A DNA stretch of 60,297 bases, counting the filler. It is 4 parts of 4 records of this genome, joined end to end, with 100 filler letters (N's around TTAATTAATTAA, not from the genome) between each part and the next. Parts side by side here need not be neighbours in the genome. Positions count along the whole stretch, not along the records: positions 24,120 to 54,994 come from SRR31156797_8917; 3 more parts are not named here. One strand, 5' to 3'. Shown here in pieces: positions 36,722-46,197 of this stretch (its first letter is position 1; each line of letters begins with the position of its first letter). Position numbers and translations under genes: made by a program. The notes under the pieces were generated by a model. That model saw only the letters and a list, made by a program, of their open reading frames with translations. It did not search any database and was not told the DNA's origin.

Positions 36722-37777
36722 TTATCGTTTTTTATAACCTGATTTTTTCATATTCTTAATGATCTTGGAAAGATCTTTTCCTTTTTGTTTTCGATCTTTA
36801 GTACTACTGGCATAATGTTCCATTTCTCTGTTTAGCTTCATAAAATTCTCATACTCTTCTTCAGATAGCTTGCCTTTTTTTACGGCTTTTAAAACCTGGC
36901 AGCCTTTTTCATTGCTATGAGTACAATTGTGAAATTTACACTCTTTGGCGTAATCATCAATACTATGAAATCCAGACAACGAATCGTCTGAAAAACTTGT
37001 GGTTAAGCCAAATTCTCTGGTTCCCGGTGTATCAATCATTATGCCTCCATTATCAAGAAAATACAAATCGCGGGTAGTAGTAGTATGTGATCCTTTTTTT
37101 ACAGATTCACTAATTGCTCTTGTTTTAAGTTCTTCATTACCATTCAAAGCATTAATAATTGATGATTTTCCAACACCTGACGCCCCAATAAAGACGTAAG
37201 ATCTCCCAGTCTTGATTTTCTTTTGCAGTAGATGGATGTTTTTTCCATCCTTTGCACTTATAGTGATTGCGTCATAAGTTTTAATCATAAAATCAAAAAC
37301 TTCCTGTTGTGTTTCATTAATACTCAAATCTGTTTTATTGATGATCACAATGGGTGTAATTCCACAGTTGTTCAATTGTACAATGGTTCGTTCTAACCTT
37401 CTTAAATTCAAGCCAATTTCCAAGCATTGAACAACTATTGCAGAATCAACATTACTAACGATGATCTGTTCTGCGATTTCCCTACCTGCCTTTTTTCTTG
37501 ACAGATAGTTTTTACGTGCGAGTACTCTTGAAATAATACCTTGATCGCCATAGTCTATAAACAGAACCCAATCGCCTGTTTTTGGTCGCTCGTTTTCTTC
37601 CAATCCATAGAGTAAATTCCCTGCCAATTCGCAGGTTTTTACACCATTTTCATGGATTACAATGAAGTTGGATTTGTTTACTGTTGAAACACGACCAATT
37701 GTCATGCTTTGTTTCTCGTCATTGGAAATAGATGATTCAAAGAAATTTGACCATCCAAGTTTATTTAAAGTATTCAT
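36722..37777 (-). CDS. rsgA: Ribosome small subunit-dependent GTPase A family
   Basis: Circularly permuted GTPase motifs NKTD, GASGVGKS, HTTT and DTPG; Zn finger CKFHNCTHSNEKGC. Confidence 0.93.
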   Translation of the reverse strand: MNTLNKLGWSNFFESSISNDEKQSMTIGRVSTVNKSNFIVIHENGVKTCELAGNLLYGLEENERPKTGDWVLFIDYGDQGIISRVLARKNYLSRKKAGREIAEQIIVSNVDSAIVVQCLEIGLNLRRLERTIVQLNNCGITPIVIINKTDLSINETQQEVFDFMIKTYDAITISAKDGKNIHLLQKKIKTGRSYVFIGASGVGKSSIINALNGNEELKTRAISESVKKGSHTTTTRDLYFLDNGGIMIDTPGTREFGLTTSFSDDSLSGFHSIDDYAKECKFHNCTHSNEKGCQVLKAVKKGKLSEEEYENFMKLNREMEHYASSTKDRKQKGKDLSKIIKNMKKSGYKKR

Positions 37778-37854
37778 TTTATTCGGTTTATCGTTCAGTT
37801 GATTGTACTGGAAATACAGTATAACTGAAAATAATTCACTAAAATTTACGGTAT

Positions 37855-37995
37855 AAAAAATTAGGCATCAAATAAAATTGATGCTAGAAGTGAAGTGTCG
37901 GCAAGTTGAATTACAGCAAATAAGATAACTTGCCTATAATGCGGACTCCGAATAATATGTAGAAATCTGTATTTTAATCATGAACTGCAATGTTA
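37855..37995 (-). promoter_or_regulatory. Candidate leader-peptide attenuator of rsgA
   Basis: TAACATTG -7-like box; uORF 37981-37934 (MIKIQISTYYSESAL*); hairpin 37900-37934; terminator-like hairpin 37865-37884 with a U tract. Confidence 0.5.
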
Positions 37996-37997
37996 GC

Positions 37998-38027
37998 AAA
38001 AAATCCTGACTCATGAGCCAGGATTTT
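37998..38027 (-). terminator. Intrinsic terminator after the DUF4249 gene
   Basis: AAAATCCTG(A)CTC/GAG(C)CAGGATTTT stem. Confidence 0.75.
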
Positions 38028-38035
38028 GAAGTTTC

Positions 38036-38878
38036 TTATTGCACCGTGTAAGTCATTTCATCATATTGTGTTAACCTGAAAAATCCGTAGGGTGGTTTAT
38101 CAGGATTAGTTGTGTTGATACAATTTCCTTTTAAAGCCACTGGTGTAGTGCTAAACGGATCACCCGATTGGGTTTGCTCAACCAAAATGCGAATGTAATT
38201 GTAAAATGCCTCTGATATTCCGTATAGTTGAATGTCAACCACATCTCCCGATTCAAATTCTTCCTGATTGGTGTCATCATCATCTAGTTTCTCCCAAAAC
38301 AGTTTAATTTCATTTCCATCTACAAACTCATCTTTTAAATCAAATACTTCAGGTAGTAAATCTCCACGCTCGTAGGTTTTAATCATATAAAAGTTAATTT
38401 CATCAGCAGGATCTTGAATGTACAGATTCAATTCAATGGCTTCATCATCGAATCCTCCTTCAACCGATTGATCGATCTTAGAAATTCCACTTACTGATTT
38501 AAAAGTTTCCTCGGCAGTGTAATCTTCTCCTTCGGAACTAATGTTTAAAGTATATTTTCGCTCAATTACAGGTGCAAAATTTTCACAGCGATAGTCACCA
38601 TTATTTTGATCTGCAAAAGTAAAAATCTGCTTAGTAGTATTATCGGTAATGCTAACAGTGGCACCTGTAACTTCAATGTTTTGATTATCTGAAAAGTAAG
38701 GTGTTGATTTACTAAGTTTAATTGTTTGTACTTCACCTGTAGTTCCTTTTTTCCAATTAATAGATGCTTCAATAACTAATTTTGGTTCGGCTTCAGGAAC
38801 ATCAACATCAATTACTTTTGTACATGAAGTTGATAGTAGCAGTCCGAATGATAAAATGTAGAATATATATTTAAACAT
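38036..38878 (-). CDS. DUF4249-family lipoprotein (partner of the TonB receptor)
   Basis: TSCTKVIDVD..PKLVIEA, IQDPADEINFY and GNCIN...YGFF. Confidence 0.82.
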   Translation of the reverse strand: MFKYIFYILSFGLLLSTSCTKVIDVDVPEAEPKLVIEASINWKKGTTGEVQTIKLSKSTPYFSDNQNIEVTGATVSITDNTTKQIFTFADQNNGDYRCENFAPVIERKYTLNISSEGEDYTAEETFKSVSGISKIDQSVEGGFDDEAIELNLYIQDPADEINFYMIKTYERGDLLPEVFDLKDEFVDGNEIKLFWEKLDDDDTNQEEFESGDVVDIQLYGISEAFYNYIRILVEQTQSGDPFSTTPVALKGNCINTTNPDKPPYGFFRLTQYDEMTYTVQ

Positions 38879-38882
38879 GATC

Positions 38883-41261
38883 TTAAAATTTAAAGTTGTA
38901 AGTTACTGATGGAACAATTCCGAAAATGGCAGTTCTGGTTGCTTCATTAATACCGGTATCGATATTCTGACCAAATGATATTGAAGCCGCGTTGTGTCTA
39001 TTGTAGAGATTGTAAATTCCAAACACCCATTCTCCTTTCCATCTATTGTTAGGTTTTCGATTTGGCTTATAGCTTAATGCAACATCTAATCGATGATAAG
39101 CTGGCAATCGGTTGGCATTTCTTGCAGCATAATTGGCTATGGAAAGTTCCTCATATTGATATTGTCCGTTTGGATAGGTTACAGGTCTTCCTGTTTGGAA
39201 AATCAGATTGGTACTAAAAGTTAGCTTGTCATTCAATTTGTATGTTCCTGTTATCGAAATATCATGGGTTCTATCATGAGAAGATTTATACCATTTTCCA
39301 TCGTTGATTCCAAGTCCGCCCGATTTTCCACCCGGTGTTTTTTGTTCAGCTTTGGACCAAGTGTAGGCTAACCATCCAGTAAATCGACCTTCATTTTTCC
39401 TCAGTAAAAATTCCAGACCATAGGCTCTCAGTTCTCCATTTAATATTTCTGTTTCAATATGATCATTCCCAATCAGATCTGATCCATCAATATAATCGAT
39501 TCTATTATCTACCGTTTTGTAATATGCTTCTACTTCAAGCGAGAAAATATTGTCTTTGAAATCTTTGAAATAGCCAATTGAATATTGATCGGACAGTTGC
39601 GGTTTTATGTATTTTCCACTTGGAGTCCAAACATCTAAAGGTGTTGCAGATGTAGTGTTTGATAACAAATGAATGTATTGTGTCGTTCGTGAGTATGCAG
39701 ATTTTAGTGAAGAAAATTCATCTAATTTATATAAAAGTGCTACCCTAGGTTCCCAGTTATTAAAATCAGCAATTTTATCGGAATTGTTATAATAAGTTTT
39801 ATCAGTTTCTCTACCTCTTTCATAAATGCCTAAGGTTTCATCATAAACTACTGGAAGATCATTTTCGTAATTTCCTAAAAACTGTCCCCCCATGCGCACA
39901 AAGTAAGAATATCGCAATCCGTATTGAAATGTCAAGCTTGGTGAAAGTTTATGCTCAGCATTTACATATATAGCACTTTCTAATGCTCTTTTTTGTTCAA
40001 GAATATCGTAATTAATTGCAGATGTTTCCGATGTTGGTTTAATCTCACCCGGATTAAAGTCGTACGCAATTGCACTTACTCCAAAATCCAGTTTAAATTT
40101 GTCATTTGCGTAGTATTTGAAATCATACTTTAAATTGTAATTTTTGATATCCGAGAACCAATCAAATTCCATAAAGTTTAAAGAAAGTTCATAATCGTAT
40201 TTGCTGTATATCAATGATAAATTGGAAAATAAACGATCATTAAAAATATGATTCCACCTAAGATTTCCTGATAGATTTCCGTAGCTGTATTTAAAAGCAT
40301 CAGAGATATTAAACTTATCACGTCCGAAATATCCGGATAGATAGAGTTTATTTTTCTGATTGATTTCGTAATGAGTTTTTAGATTTAAGTCATAGAAAGA
40401 TGCACTGTTGTCATTATCGGTGAGCTTGAGAAATAAGTGAGCATACGAACTACGTCCGGCAATAAGAAATGAACCTTTGTTTTTAAAGGTTGGTCCTTCA
40501 ATAGCCAAACGACTTGAGATAGCACCAATTCCTCCTGTTAAACTGAATTCTTTGCTGTTTCCATCTTTTTGACGAATATCCAGAACTGATGAAACTCTAC
40601 CTCCAAATCTAGCAGGAATACCACCTTTATACAATTTAACATCTTTAATAGCATCTGCATTAAAAACAGAGAAAAAACCAAGGAGGTGAGAGGTATTGTA
40701 AATTATGGCTTCATCCAACATGACCAGATTTTGATCTACAGCACCACCACGCACATTAAATCCGCTTGATGCTTCACCATTATTAGTTACCCCAGGTAAG
40801 GTTTGTATTGACTTTAGAACATCAGTTTCGCCTAATACAACAGGCATTTGCTTTATTGTAGCCGATTTTAATTTTGCGATACTCATTTGTGGTATACTAA
40901 TATCAGCTCTTTCGTTTTCTTCACCTTTAACAATAATTTCATTTAAAGATGTTGAACTCTCTCTGATCTCAAAATCTATTTTTTGATTTTTATCAAGTTG
41001 GATCTCTTTTTGTGAATTAGCATAGCCTAGAAATGATACCATAAGTGTATAAGTTCCTTTTGGCATGGTTAAGGAATAAAATCCATACTCATTGCTCATT
41101 ACACCAATATTTGTGTCTTTGAAATAGACCGATGCACCTAGTAAAGTTTCTCCATTTTTTACATCTTTAATAGTGCCACTAACAGTGTAGGTTTCTTGTG
41201 CAATTATCGAAGACAAGCCTACTGCCAGGATTAAAATTAATGTTAAAATAAATTGTTTCAT
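38883..41261 (-). CDS. TonB-dependent receptor with N-terminal carboxypeptidase-regulatory-like domain
   Basis: VSGTIKDVKNGETLLGA, plug LPGV..FNVRGG, YHRLD, YNLYNR and C-terminal YNFKF. Confidence 0.93.
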   Translation of the reverse strand: MKQFILTLILILAVGLSSIIAQETYTVSGTIKDVKNGETLLGASVYFKDTNIGVMSNEYGFYSLTMPKGTYTLMVSFLGYANSQKEIQLDKNQKIDFEIRESSTSLNEIIVKGEENERADISIPQMSIAKLKSATIKQMPVVLGETDVLKSIQTLPGVTNNGEASSGFNVRGGAVDQNLVMLDEAIIYNTSHLLGFFSVFNADAIKDVKLYKGGIPARFGGRVSSVLDIRQKDGNSKEFSLTGGIGAISSRLAIEGPTFKNKGSFLIAGRSSYAHLFLKLTDNDNSASFYDLNLKTHYEINQKNKLYLSGYFGRDKFNISDAFKYSYGNLSGNLRWNHIFNDRLFSNLSLIYSKYDYELSLNFMEFDWFSDIKNYNLKYDFKYYANDKFKLDFGVSAIAYDFNPGEIKPTSETSAINYDILEQKRALESAIYVNAEHKLSPSLTFQYGLRYSYFVRMGGQFLGNYENDLPVVYDETLGIYERGRETDKTYYNNSDKIADFNNWEPRVALLYKLDEFSSLKSAYSRTTQYIHLLSNTTSATPLDVWTPSGKYIKPQLSDQYSIGYFKDFKDNIFSLEVEAYYKTVDNRIDYIDGSDLIGNDHIETEILNGELRAYGLEFLLRKNEGRFTGWLAYTWSKAEQKTPGGKSGGLGINDGKWYKSSHDRTHDISITGTYKLNDKLTFSTNLIFQTGRPVTYPNGQYQYEELSIANYAARNANRLPAYHRLDVALSYKPNRKPNNRWKGEWVFGIYNLYNRHNAASISFGQNIDTGINEATRTAIFGIVPSVTYNFKF

Positions 41262-41493
41262 TTTCTAAAATTCAATTGCCATTTTGGTTAATTGTGATGC
41301 AGTCAATTTGATTGCATTTTAGTTTATGATATGACTTGGCACCTATTTTTTAAAAGTGCTGTTTTTCTTCAATTGTTACTATTTCAATCATAAACTTCGA
41401 CAAAACTGATTATTTGATAAGCTCAAAACGACTGTGCTTATAGGTAAGTACTAAATATTAGGTGCGACCTTATAGGCTCATATGTGTATGTTG

Positions 41494-42612
41494 CTAGTTT
41501 ACTGATCTTTTGTTTTTAAAAAAATCAGATGGAGTTTTGTGCGTATATAATTTGAAATGTTTGTTAAATGTCGATTTTGAATTAAATCCACAATCATATG
41601 CAAGTGACATTAGTGTGAATTTTTTGTTTTCTGGCTGTGATGCTAGCCTAATAAATTCTTTAATGCGTAACGAGTTAATATAATTGTAAAAGTTCTTATT
41701 TTCTTTTTCGTTGATTACTTGAGAAAGATGGTTTGGATGGACATTTAGGCATTTAGCAAGTTCGCTTAAAGTCAAATTATCCTGTTTGTATAATTCTTCT
41801 TTTGGCATAATATTTTTCAGATGAGCATAAATTTGTTCCGCCATTTCTTCACTCAATCCAGACTTTGCATATCTTTTTTTCTCTTGATTGATGGTATTTT
41901 GATCTGAAGTAATATTATCTTTTTTGTCTTCTGGTTCAATAATTTGAACTGTTGAAAAAATATTCATTTGATTGATTCCGAATATTCCTATAAACAGAAC
42001 AAATACTACAATACCAGAAAAAATAACCATTTCGTCAAAAAATATAGCCAACACCCAAATTATACCCAATCCTACAGAAAGATATCTCAGCCATTGTAAT
42101 TCTTTTTTGTCTGTATTTGAGAAGGTAGTTTGAATGTTTTTTTGATGCTTCTTAATTAAGTATAATGTCCATAAGGAGTAGCCAATACCACAAATTAACA
42201 TTACCGTTTGATGCATTATCATATACCATTCAAAACCAATTCCATCATTCTGAAAAATATAGATTTTTTGATCTGGCGATAGGATTAAAAATGGAATAAG
42301 GAATAAGCAAAGAATAGTAAAAGGAATGAAATGAAGCATTCGGGTTCCGATTTTTATTCTTCCTTTTCCTGTAGCTTCAATAACGTAAAAATAGAGTAGA
42401 ATGCCGTGTAGAACTGGTAATGGCATTAATACTCCTAAAAGCTGTGGAATTTCAAAAGTAAGACCTGTAATTTGATGATAAAAAAGAGCTTGATGTATTG
42501 CCATTAGGCACAACCAAATTACCAAAACCTTATCGGCACGTGATTTATTTCTTTTTAGGAGTAAAAGAAGTACTAGAAAAATTGCAATACAAATGCCAAG
42601 AATGAAAAACAT
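41494..42612 (-). CDS. Membrane-anchored AraC-family regulator
   Basis: Multiple N-terminal TM helices; HLSQVIN...AYDCGFNSKSTFN..FK..TPS. Confidence 0.9.
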   Translation of the reverse strand: MFFILGICIAIFLVLLLLLKRNKSRADKVLVIWLCLMAIHQALFYHQITGLTFEIPQLLGVLMPLPVLHGILLYFYVIEATGKGRIKIGTRMLHFIPFTILCLFLIPFLILSPDQKIYIFQNDGIGFEWYMIMHQTVMLICGIGYSLWTLYLIKKHQKNIQTTFSNTDKKELQWLRYLSVGLGIIWVLAIFFDEMVIFSGIVVFVLFIGIFGINQMNIFSTVQIIEPEDKKDNITSDQNTINQEKKRYAKSGLSEEMAEQIYAHLKNIMPKEELYKQDNLTLSELAKCLNVHPNHLSQVINEKENKNFYNYINSLRIKEFIRLASQPENKKFTLMSLAYDCGFNSKSTFNKHFKLYTHKTPSDFFKNKRSVN

Positions 42613-42872
42613 AAAATAGTGGGTTTACAATCAATTTTAATTAAGATCGAATTTAAGCTTTTCTAAGCTTAATATTTCCTTATGAAATCTTTTTTTAAGG
42701 AAATATTATTGGGGTCGAAAAATAGAATTGCTTCTTAATGATTTTTATTTGCTCTACGTGAGTAAAGTGAAATACTGGAATCATCAGTTGAAAATTCGAT
42801 ATCTATAAAAATATAAAGTAAATTCGAGACCATTATTCCCATTGGGATTTGTAAACAAATTTTTAATACAAT

Positions 42873-43922
42873 ATGGTTGATCAAAGAATAGAAAATATTA
42901 ATGTTAGTGCAGAGCAAGCTATAATTACTCCATCTAAATTGAAAGAACTATATCCACTTACAGCTAAATGTATTGACACTGTTTTTAAAGGTCAAAATAC
43001 CATAAAAAATATCTTAAATGGACAAGATAAAAGGTTGCTCGCAATAGTTGGACCTTGTTCTATTCATGATGTTGAATCGGCTAAGGAATATGCTTGTAAG
43101 TTGAAGCAGCTAGCCGAGGAATTAAAAGATGATTTGTTTATTGTGATGCGTGTTTATTTTGAAAAACCCAGAACTACAGTTGGCTGGAAAGGTTTAATAA
43201 ATGATCCGTATTTGGACAACAGTTGTGAAATTGAAGAAGGATTGAAGCAAGCTCGTGAATTGTTGATTCATATCGCGGAATTGGGATTGCCCGCTGCTGG
43301 TGAAGCTTTGGACATTGTTACACCCCAATTCATACAAGACTTGTTTTCTTGGACCGCTATAGGAGCCAGAACTACCGAATCACAAAGTCATAGAAATATG
43401 TCAAGCGGTTTATCATCAGTTGTAGGCTTTAAGAACGGAACAGATGGTAATATTGATATTACAATCAATGCAATGCAGGCTGTTGCTTCTCCTCAAAATT
43501 TTGTAAGTATAAATCCTGAAGGTAAGGTTGCCGTGATTCGAACCCTTGGAAATCCCAATACTCACCTAATTTTAAGAGGAGGGAAGAAGCCAAATTACGA
43601 TAGGAAATCTATTCAGGAAATTGAAAAGAAGCTTAGTGAGTTAAATATTAAACCAAGAATTATGGTTGATTGTAGTCATGCCAACAGCTATAAACAAGCT
43701 AATAAACAAGAAATTGTACTAAGCGATTTGGCTGATCAAATCCGTAATGGTAACGGTTCTATTATGGGTTTCATGATTGAAAGTAATCTTGAATTTGGAA
43801 AGCAAAATATTCCGGCTGATAAATCTAAATTAAAATATGGTGTTTCGGTTACCGATGAATGCTTGGATTGGGATTCTACAGAGACAATTCTGAGGGAATT
43901 TTCGCTTGGTTTGAATAAGTAA
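42873..43922 (+). CDS. 3-deoxy-7-phosphoheptulonate (DAHP) synthase, class I alpha (AroF/G/H type)
   Basis: GPCSIHD, RVYFEKPRTTVGWKGLINDP, IGARTTESQ, DCSHANS and YGVSVTDEC. Confidence 0.95.
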   Translation: MVDQRIENINVSAEQAIITPSKLKELYPLTAKCIDTVFKGQNTIKNILNGQDKRLLAIVGPCSIHDVESAKEYACKLKQLAEELKDDLFIVMRVYFEKPRTTVGWKGLINDPYLDNSCEIEEGLKQARELLIHIAELGLPAAGEALDIVTPQFIQDLFSWTAIGARTTESQSHRNMSSGLSSVVGFKNGTDGNIDITINAMQAVASPQNFVSINPEGKVAVIRTLGNPNTHLILRGGKKPNYDRKSIQEIEKKLSELNIKPRIMVDCSHANSYKQANKQEIVLSDLADQIRNGNGSIMGFMIESNLEFGKQNIPADKSKLKYGVSVTDECLDWDSTETILREFSLGLNK

Positions 43923-44228
43923 TTGAATAAAGCAGATACTTATTACTTAATTTATATAATCATAATAAAATCTTATTCAGGGGATTGTTGTTTTTGCATG
44001 AATTACTTCTTGTTTAACTTTTTCATATATAATGTTTTTAGTTGCTTTTTTATTAAATTTCATTGTGTTGATAAATGAGTACTTTTTGTAGATAAACTGT
44101 GGGTTTTTGGATGTGACTGATTGACTGAAGTTTAATTTTTATTAAAACACTAATAATAATAAATTTGCATGTAATCTAAGTTTCTCATTAAATTAAAGAA
44201 TCATTAACTACAAAAAACCAATTTAATT

Positions 44229-45308
44229 ATGAGAAAATTTCTATTTCCCCTTTTAGCGATCGGGCTAATTGTGGCAGCATGTCAAAACAATGCTGATGAA
44301 GTTCAAGAACAAAAAGAAGAAATTGCTGTTGACATGAGTGACTTCTATGTTTATACAGATGAAAATGCTGAAGATCTTACCAGCATAAAGTCTGGACATG
44401 AGGGACATGATGCATCATGTAGATGCGGTTCAATGAAAGTTTTGAACAAAAAATTGAAGGAAAACCCTGGATTGGAACAACGTATGTATAATATTGAAAA
44501 GCATACGAGAATGGCGATTGCAGCGAAAGCAGCAAATGCAAATAAGGGTAAGCCTGTTAAACCAGATCCGGATCCAGATCCAACCCCTTACCAGGGAAGC
44601 ATTACAATTCCTGTTATTATTAATATTTTGGAAGATCCAGCTCATCCAATTACTCAAGCGCATATCAATTCTCAGATTGATATCTTGAATGAAGATTATA
44701 ACGATTTGAATCCTAATACAGGAGGAGTCCCTTCTGAATTTAATAATGATATTGCAGATTGTGATATTACTTTTATTTTAGCTGGTGTCAATAGAAAAGC
44801 ATCTACTAAGTCAACTTGGGGTACTAATGATGCGATGAAATATTCAAGTCAGGGTGGTATTGATGCGACTGATCCAAGTAGTTATTTGAACTTTTGGGTT
44901 TGTGAAATTGGTGGTGGTATTTTAGGATATGCTCAATTTCCAGGTGGTGCTTTAGCAACTGATGGTGTTGTTATTGGTAGCGATTTCTTTGGGGAAAACT
45001 CTAGAGGTGGTGAATATGGACATGGTCGTACAGCTACTCACGAGGTTGGACACTGGTTAAATCTTCGTCACATTTGGGGTGACGGCAGATGTCGTCAGGA
45101 TGATTTTGTTACGGATACTCCAAGTTCAGATCGAGCAAATTACAGCTGTCCTTCTTATCCAACTGTTCACTGTCGTTCAAATGATATGACGATGAATTAT
45201 ATGGATTACGTATATGACAATTGCATGTATATGTTTACGAATGGACAAAATGATAGAATGAGAGCTTTGTTTACCGAAGGTGGAGAAAGAGAAAGCTTTG
45301 TTCAGTAA
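44229..45308 (+). CDS. M43 (ulilysin/pappalysin-like) zinc metalloprotease lipoprotein
   Basis: Lipobox VAAC; HEVGHWLNLRHIWGD; Met-turn MNYMDY. Confidence 0.92.
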   Translation: MRKFLFPLLAIGLIVAACQNNADEVQEQKEEIAVDMSDFYVYTDENAEDLTSIKSGHEGHDASCRCGSMKVLNKKLKENPGLEQRMYNIEKHTRMAIAAKAANANKGKPVKPDPDPDPTPYQGSITIPVIINILEDPAHPITQAHINSQIDILNEDYNDLNPNTGGVPSEFNNDIADCDITFILAGVNRKASTKSTWGTNDAMKYSSQGGIDATDPSSYLNFWVCEIGGGILGYAQFPGGALATDGVVIGSDFFGENSRGGEYGHGRTATHEVGHWLNLRHIWGDGRCRQDDFVTDTPSSDRANYSCPSYPTVHCRSNDMTMNYMDYVYDNCMYMFTNGQNDRMRALFTEGGERESFVQ

Positions 45309-45330
45309 ATAAGAATTTAACTACAAGAAT

Positions 45331-45358
45331 AAAAGGCACTTTTTGGTGCCTTTTTTTT
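45331..45358. terminator. Bidirectional terminator
   Basis: AAAAGGCAC...GTGCCTTTTTTTT. Confidence 0.8.
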
Positions 45359-46100
45359 ATGGTGTAATTTTGTGGCGACCATCGTTTAAAAAACGAACTG
45401 AAGGCAATTTCTTGGTTTGATTGAAAAGATCATATGCCAATTTTAATTCCTTCCATAAATTTGTTTTATCTGTATCTCCTTGATATTTTTTTAGAATAAC
45501 GTCCAAATTTTTATCACTTAGCATTGCCGGGAAAATGCTAACAGGAATAGTCGATTGACCATTGTTTTTCGCTTCCAGACAAAATAGATAAAGTTCCTTA
45601 ATCTGATCATCAGTAATTGGCAGGCAACCAACGGTTACACAGGAACCATGAATGAAAATGTCTCCACCTAACTTACCTTTAACACCAAGTATTTTATCAG
45701 AGGCATTTGGATAATTGATGCCTAAGGAGAGATGAAAATTACTGTAAGGATTGAATCTATCGATATGATAAAAACCTTCAGGAACTTGCAGGTCTCCCTG
45801 TTCTCGTTTTGGACCTATTTTGCCCGATTTTCTGCAAACTTTGTATTCTTTTATAAGTTTAAATTTCCGATCTGATTTATTTTTTCCCCACAGTTGAATC
45901 TTTTTTTCGAATTTGAAAGCACGCAAGTACACTTCTAATTCTTCTATTTTCAGATTCTTACCCTCAAGTAATTCATTAATTCCTTTCTCTTTTTCTGAAT
46001 AAGCTTCACGAACTCGTGAATATTTTAGTTGTTCTGATTTAAAAGAATCTGATTTTGTCAAAGAGAAAAATGTTAGGATGATTGTAAGAGTGAATTTCAT
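45357..46100 (-). CDS. L,D-transpeptidase-family protein (YafK/DpaA-like)
   Basis: GPKREQGDLQVPEGFY, INYPN and GGDIFIHGSCVTVGC. Confidence 0.88.
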   Translation of the reverse strand: MKFTLTIILTFFSLTKSDSFKSEQLKYSRVREAYSEKEKGINELLEGKNLKIEELEVYLRAFKFEKKIQLWGKNKSDRKFKLIKEYKVCRKSGKIGPKREQGDLQVPEGFYHIDRFNPYSNFHLSLGINYPNASDKILGVKGKLGGDIFIHGSCVTVGCLPITDDQIKELYLFCLEAKNNGQSTIPVSIFPAMLSDKNLDVILKKYQGDTDKTNLWKELKLAYDLFNQTKKLPSVRFLNDGRHKITP

Positions 46101-46142
46101 AATGCAAGATAAATTTTATCTCGATATCTTCGAAAAGAAATG

Positions 46143-46176
46143 AAAAAATCCCGATCTGCAAAAGCAAATCGGGATT
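46143..46176 (-). terminator. Intrinsic terminator after the S9 peptidase
   Basis: AATCCCGAT(C)TGC/GCA(A)ATCGGGATT stem with a U tract on the minus strand. Confidence 0.75.
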
Positions 46177-46197
46177 GTAAGTATTATAGTTGAAAAA

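Noticed and set aside
42682..42738. Phe-containing leader peptide (MKSFFKEILLGSKNRIAS) upstream of the DAHP synthase
   Set aside because: It has only two Phe codons, from a T run in AT-rich DNA, and no clear terminator/antiterminator pair.
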